Assembly: GCA_045585835.1 (NCBI GenBank)
Contig: JAZMZG010000017.1
Span: 152,315-216,314, forward strand
DNA: 64,000 nucleotides
From: Eubacteriales bacterium
GTDB lineage: Bacteria > Bacillota > Clostridia > Oscillospirales > CAG-272
Reading direction: 5' to 3'
Shown here: positions 63,038 to 64,000 of the stretch, piece after piece
Layout: every line of letters begins with the position of its first letter
Position numbering within the stretch: position 1 is the stretch's first letter
The notes under the pieces: model-generated
Told to the model about the DNA's origin: nothing
The model's database searches: none
What the model saw: the letters and a program-made list of their open reading frames with translations, nothing else
Program-made: the position numbers and the translations under genes

Positions 63038-64000
63038 TTACTTTGTTGCCTTTCTCTTCTTGGAGTAGATAGCAGTAGCAACTACGCCGAGAGCTGCAAT
63101 AGCGAGAAGTGCGATCCAAAGAGCCGTAAGGCCGTTGTCGCCCGTTCCGGTTGCAGTGGGCTTACCAACAAATACCACAGGAATGAATCCATATTGTGCC
63201 ATTTCCTCGTTAACAACGATGGTGATAGTTCCGTCGCCGTTATCCGTGTAGTCAAGGAGCTCCTCCAAAGAAGGCTCGTTAACGAAGGGGTTAAGCAATA
63301 CTACGTTCTTAAATCCTTTTGTATTGGGAGCCTTGATAGTAAGCTCCATTCCTTCTACAAGATCTACAAGTGCGCCTTCGAGAGAAAGCTCATACATTAT
63401 ATATCCAAGCGCCTTGTAGCCTTCAAGATCTTCGTTGAGCTCACCGAGATCAATTTCTTTGTTGAATTCTTCGGTTAAGTCCATAACTTCGAGGTGCATA
63501 TTTTCACCTAAAACTCCATCGGGAGCCGTGAGAGAACCTTCAACATCAGCACCGGTTTCGAAATCTTTAAGACCTACTTCATTGGTGTCTTCACCCTTAG
63601 CGTTGGGAACGGTGGTGCCGCATTCATTTGTGCACTCAAGAACATCATTTTCTGCATCATAGTAGAAATCGTGAGCATCTTCGATGGGATCGCCTACTTC
63701 ATATGTTACAGGATTTTCCCAATCAACGTATCCGCATACGCAAGCCTTAGCGTAAATGTCGCCGTGTGCGCAGTTAGCATATTCGTTTACGTACCAATCT
63801 TCCTGTATTTCCTGATCGAATACGTGAGTGCCGACATCGGTCTTTTCGCCACAACCGTACATGCACTCTCTGCTATGGCCTTCTTCATCCCAGTCATACA
63901 TATCTGAGAAGTCGTGCTCTGCTTCTCTGGTGTATTCGCAGTGCATGCACTCAGTGGAGCACTCATACTCAAACTCGTGAGCGGTCTTGTTGATCTGTTC
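63038..64000 (-). CDS. C-terminal part of a His/Cys-repeat cell-surface protein with C-terminal TM anchor (5' end outside window)
   Basis: The frame stays open upstream of the Met at 63946 up to the window edge (...EQINKTAHEFEYECSTEC-MHCEY...). The C-terminus is GLTALWIALLAIAALGVVATAIY-SKKRKATK. Confidence 0.7.
   Translation of the reverse strand, partial: EQINKTAHEFEYECSTECMHCEYTREAEHDFSDMYDWDEEGHSRECMYGCGEKTDVGTHVFDQEIQEDWYVNEYANCAHGDIYAKACVCGYVDWENPVTYEVGDPIEDAHDFYYDAENDVLECTNECGTTVPNAKGEDTNEVGLKDFETGADVEGSLTAPDGVLGENMHLEVMDLTEEFNKEIDLGELNEDLEGYKALGYIMYELSLEGALVDLVEGMELTIKAPNTKGFKNVVLLNPFVNEPSLEELLDYTDNGDGTITIVVNEEMAQYGFIPVVFVGKPTATGTGDNGLTALWIALLAIAALGVVATAIYSKKRKATK

Noticed and set aside
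63041-63166. Possible LPXTG sortase signal in the surface protein (KPTATG followed by a TM helix and basic tail)
   Set aside because: The pentapeptide does not match LPXTG or the usual clostridial variants I know. I call it only a C-terminal membrane anchor.
62861-63478. 205-aa plus-strand ORF
   Set aside because: It starts within the AbrB terminator, crosses a second terminator, and is antisense to the surface-protein gene.

Overview
This 64-kb window looks like core chromosome of an anaerobic Firmicute of class Clostridia. A dockerin-bearing LRR protein, an Rnf complex, a HydABC-type [FeFe] hydrogenase, SigG and an ECF transporter module suggest a Ruminococcus/Oscillospiraceae-like organism, but that taxon call is inference only. 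I support about 60 protein genes and one tRNA-Leu(GAG), plus several near-consensus sigma-A promoters and hairpin terminators. I saw no rRNA, CRISPR array, transposase, integrase or phage genes. Housekeeping content: obg, mtaD-ahcY, holB-ricT, rsmI, mntP, ruvC-ruvA, rnfCDGEAB, gltX, htrA-like, ecfA1A2T, ruvB, htpG, addB-like, sigG, rpsO-pnp. The strongest candidate for an under-described system is a six-gene cassette inside the hydrogenase operon. It holds two DRTGG proteins, two GHKL ATPases, a degenerate HydS-like sensory hydrogenase and a PHP phosphoesterase, and it encodes no DNA-binding output. Other observations:
- An orphan OmpR-type regulator has Glu at the phospho-acceptor position and sits directly upstream of htrA.
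- A 24-codon hydrophobic sORF is translationally coupled to an SD-less ruvC.
- The 5' end of an EamA transporter gene shows an apparent 1-nt frameshift.
- An esterase is fused to a condensation-like acyltransferase.
- A standalone E2-like acyltransferase has its catalytic His replaced by Glu.
- An orphan ParB-like protein lies next to a small Cys-rich protein and an operon of three secreted proteins of unknown function.
- addB has no adjacent addA, and ruvB is split from ruvCA.
Everything rests on reading the sequence and ORF translations. No BLAST, HMM or RNA-folding run was possible, so domain calls come from motifs I recognise and the novelty statements are unverified.
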